Source: a bacterium
Lineage (GTDB): Bacteria > Zhuqueibacterota > Zhuqueibacteria > Oceanimicrobiales > Oceanimicrobiaceae
Direction of reading: 5' to 3'
DNA length: 14,635 nt
Assembly (NCBI GenBank): GCA_037446635.1
Contig: JBBIIG010000009.1
Span: forward strand, 82,306 to 96,940
This document shows positions 13,995-14,635 of the stretch, in pieces. Position 1 is the stretch's first letter, and each line of letters opens with the position of its first letter. The notes under the pieces were generated by a model. That model was not told where the DNA came from. It worked only from the letters and a program-made list of their open reading frames with translations, and ran no database searches. Both the position numbers and the translations under genes were made by a program.

Positions 13995-14635
13995 ATGAGC
14001 TATCCTGCTGCAGCCAATCAACCGCCAGTTAAAACCAAACTGCTGGATCAGGTGCGCCACGCCATCCGCACCCGCCACTACAGCATCCGCACCGAAGAAG
14101 CCTACGTCAATTGGATCAAGCGATTTGTTTTGTTTCATAATAAGCGCCATCCGCAAGAGATGGGGGCCAATGAGATTCAACAATTCCTAAACCATCTGGC
14201 GGTGAAAGGGAAGGTGGCCGCCTCCACCCAGAATCAAGCCTTGTGCGCCATTCTTTTCCTGTATAACGAAGTTCTCAAGAAAGACATCGACCAGATAGAG
14301 AACCTCGTCTGGGCTAAAAAGCCGAAGCGCCTGCCGGTGGTTTTCACCCGTGAAGAGGTTAAGGCAGTGATGGGACACCTTTCAGATGAGAAATGGCTGA
14401 TGGCGCAACTGCTCTACGGCGCGGGATTACGGCTCATGGAATGTCTTAGACTGCGCGTTCAAGATGTGGATTTTGGCTATAAACAGATCGTCGTCCGGGA
14501 CGGCAAAGGGGAAAAGGACCGCATAACCATGCTGCCCGAAAAAGTGGTTGAACCACTGAAAAAGCATCTGCAAAAAGTCAAAACCTTGCACGAAAAAGAT
14601 ATCAAAGACGGGTTTGGCGCCGTCTATTTGCCTTA
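13995..14635 (+). CDS. intI: Integron integrase (tyrosine recombinase), 3'-truncated by window; absent from the supplied ORF track
   Basis: Manual translation gives [57 protein letters not shown]...[17 protein letters not shown]...[16 protein letters not shown]...[22 protein letters not shown]...[15 protein letters not shown]...[16 protein letters not shown]. The last segment is the start of the IntI-specific insertion. Confidence 0.95.
   Translation, partial: MSYPAAANQPPVKTKLLDQVRHAIRTRHYSIRTEEAYVNWIKRFVLFHNKRHPQEMGANEIQQFLNHLAVKGKVAASTQNQALCAILFLYNEVLKKDIDQIENLVWAKKPKRLPVVFTREEVKAVMGHLSDEKWLMAQLLYGAGLRLMECLRLRVQDVDFGYKQIVVRDGKGEKDRITMLPEKVVEPLKKHLQKVKTLHEKDIKDGFGAVYLP

Noticed and set aside
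13614..14378. ORFs 13614-13892, 13814-14032, 13902-14183 and 14187-14378
   Set aside because: They are read-throughs of repeat elements or antisense shadows of intI.

Overview
This is a bacterial chromosomal window; gene content suggests an FCB-group lineage such as KSB1/Calditrichota, which is inference only. The left part holds housekeeping genes: the 3' end of an Lhr-family helicase, a TIGR01777 epimerase, DUF72, an RRM protein, a secreted DUF1579-like protein and a crotonase-fold enzyme. The centre is a minus-strand respiratory operon bracketed by a near-consensus sigma70 promoter and an intrinsic terminator. It encodes split cytochrome b6 plus subunit IV, an octaheme cytochrome c with a long coiled coil and a cupredoxin-like lipoprotein, but no Rieske gene; a diheme cytochrome c follows. 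The right part holds a TPR membrane protein, a Bacteroidetes-type HU-like gene followed by a 22-bp tandem repeat, a stack of nested palindromic elements, and the 5' part of an integron integrase that the ORF track missed. Most intergenic spacers carry a different palindromic repeat. A perfect 20-bp palindrome (GCCTGCCTGCGCAGGCAGGC) occurs three times, once in frame inside a CDS.
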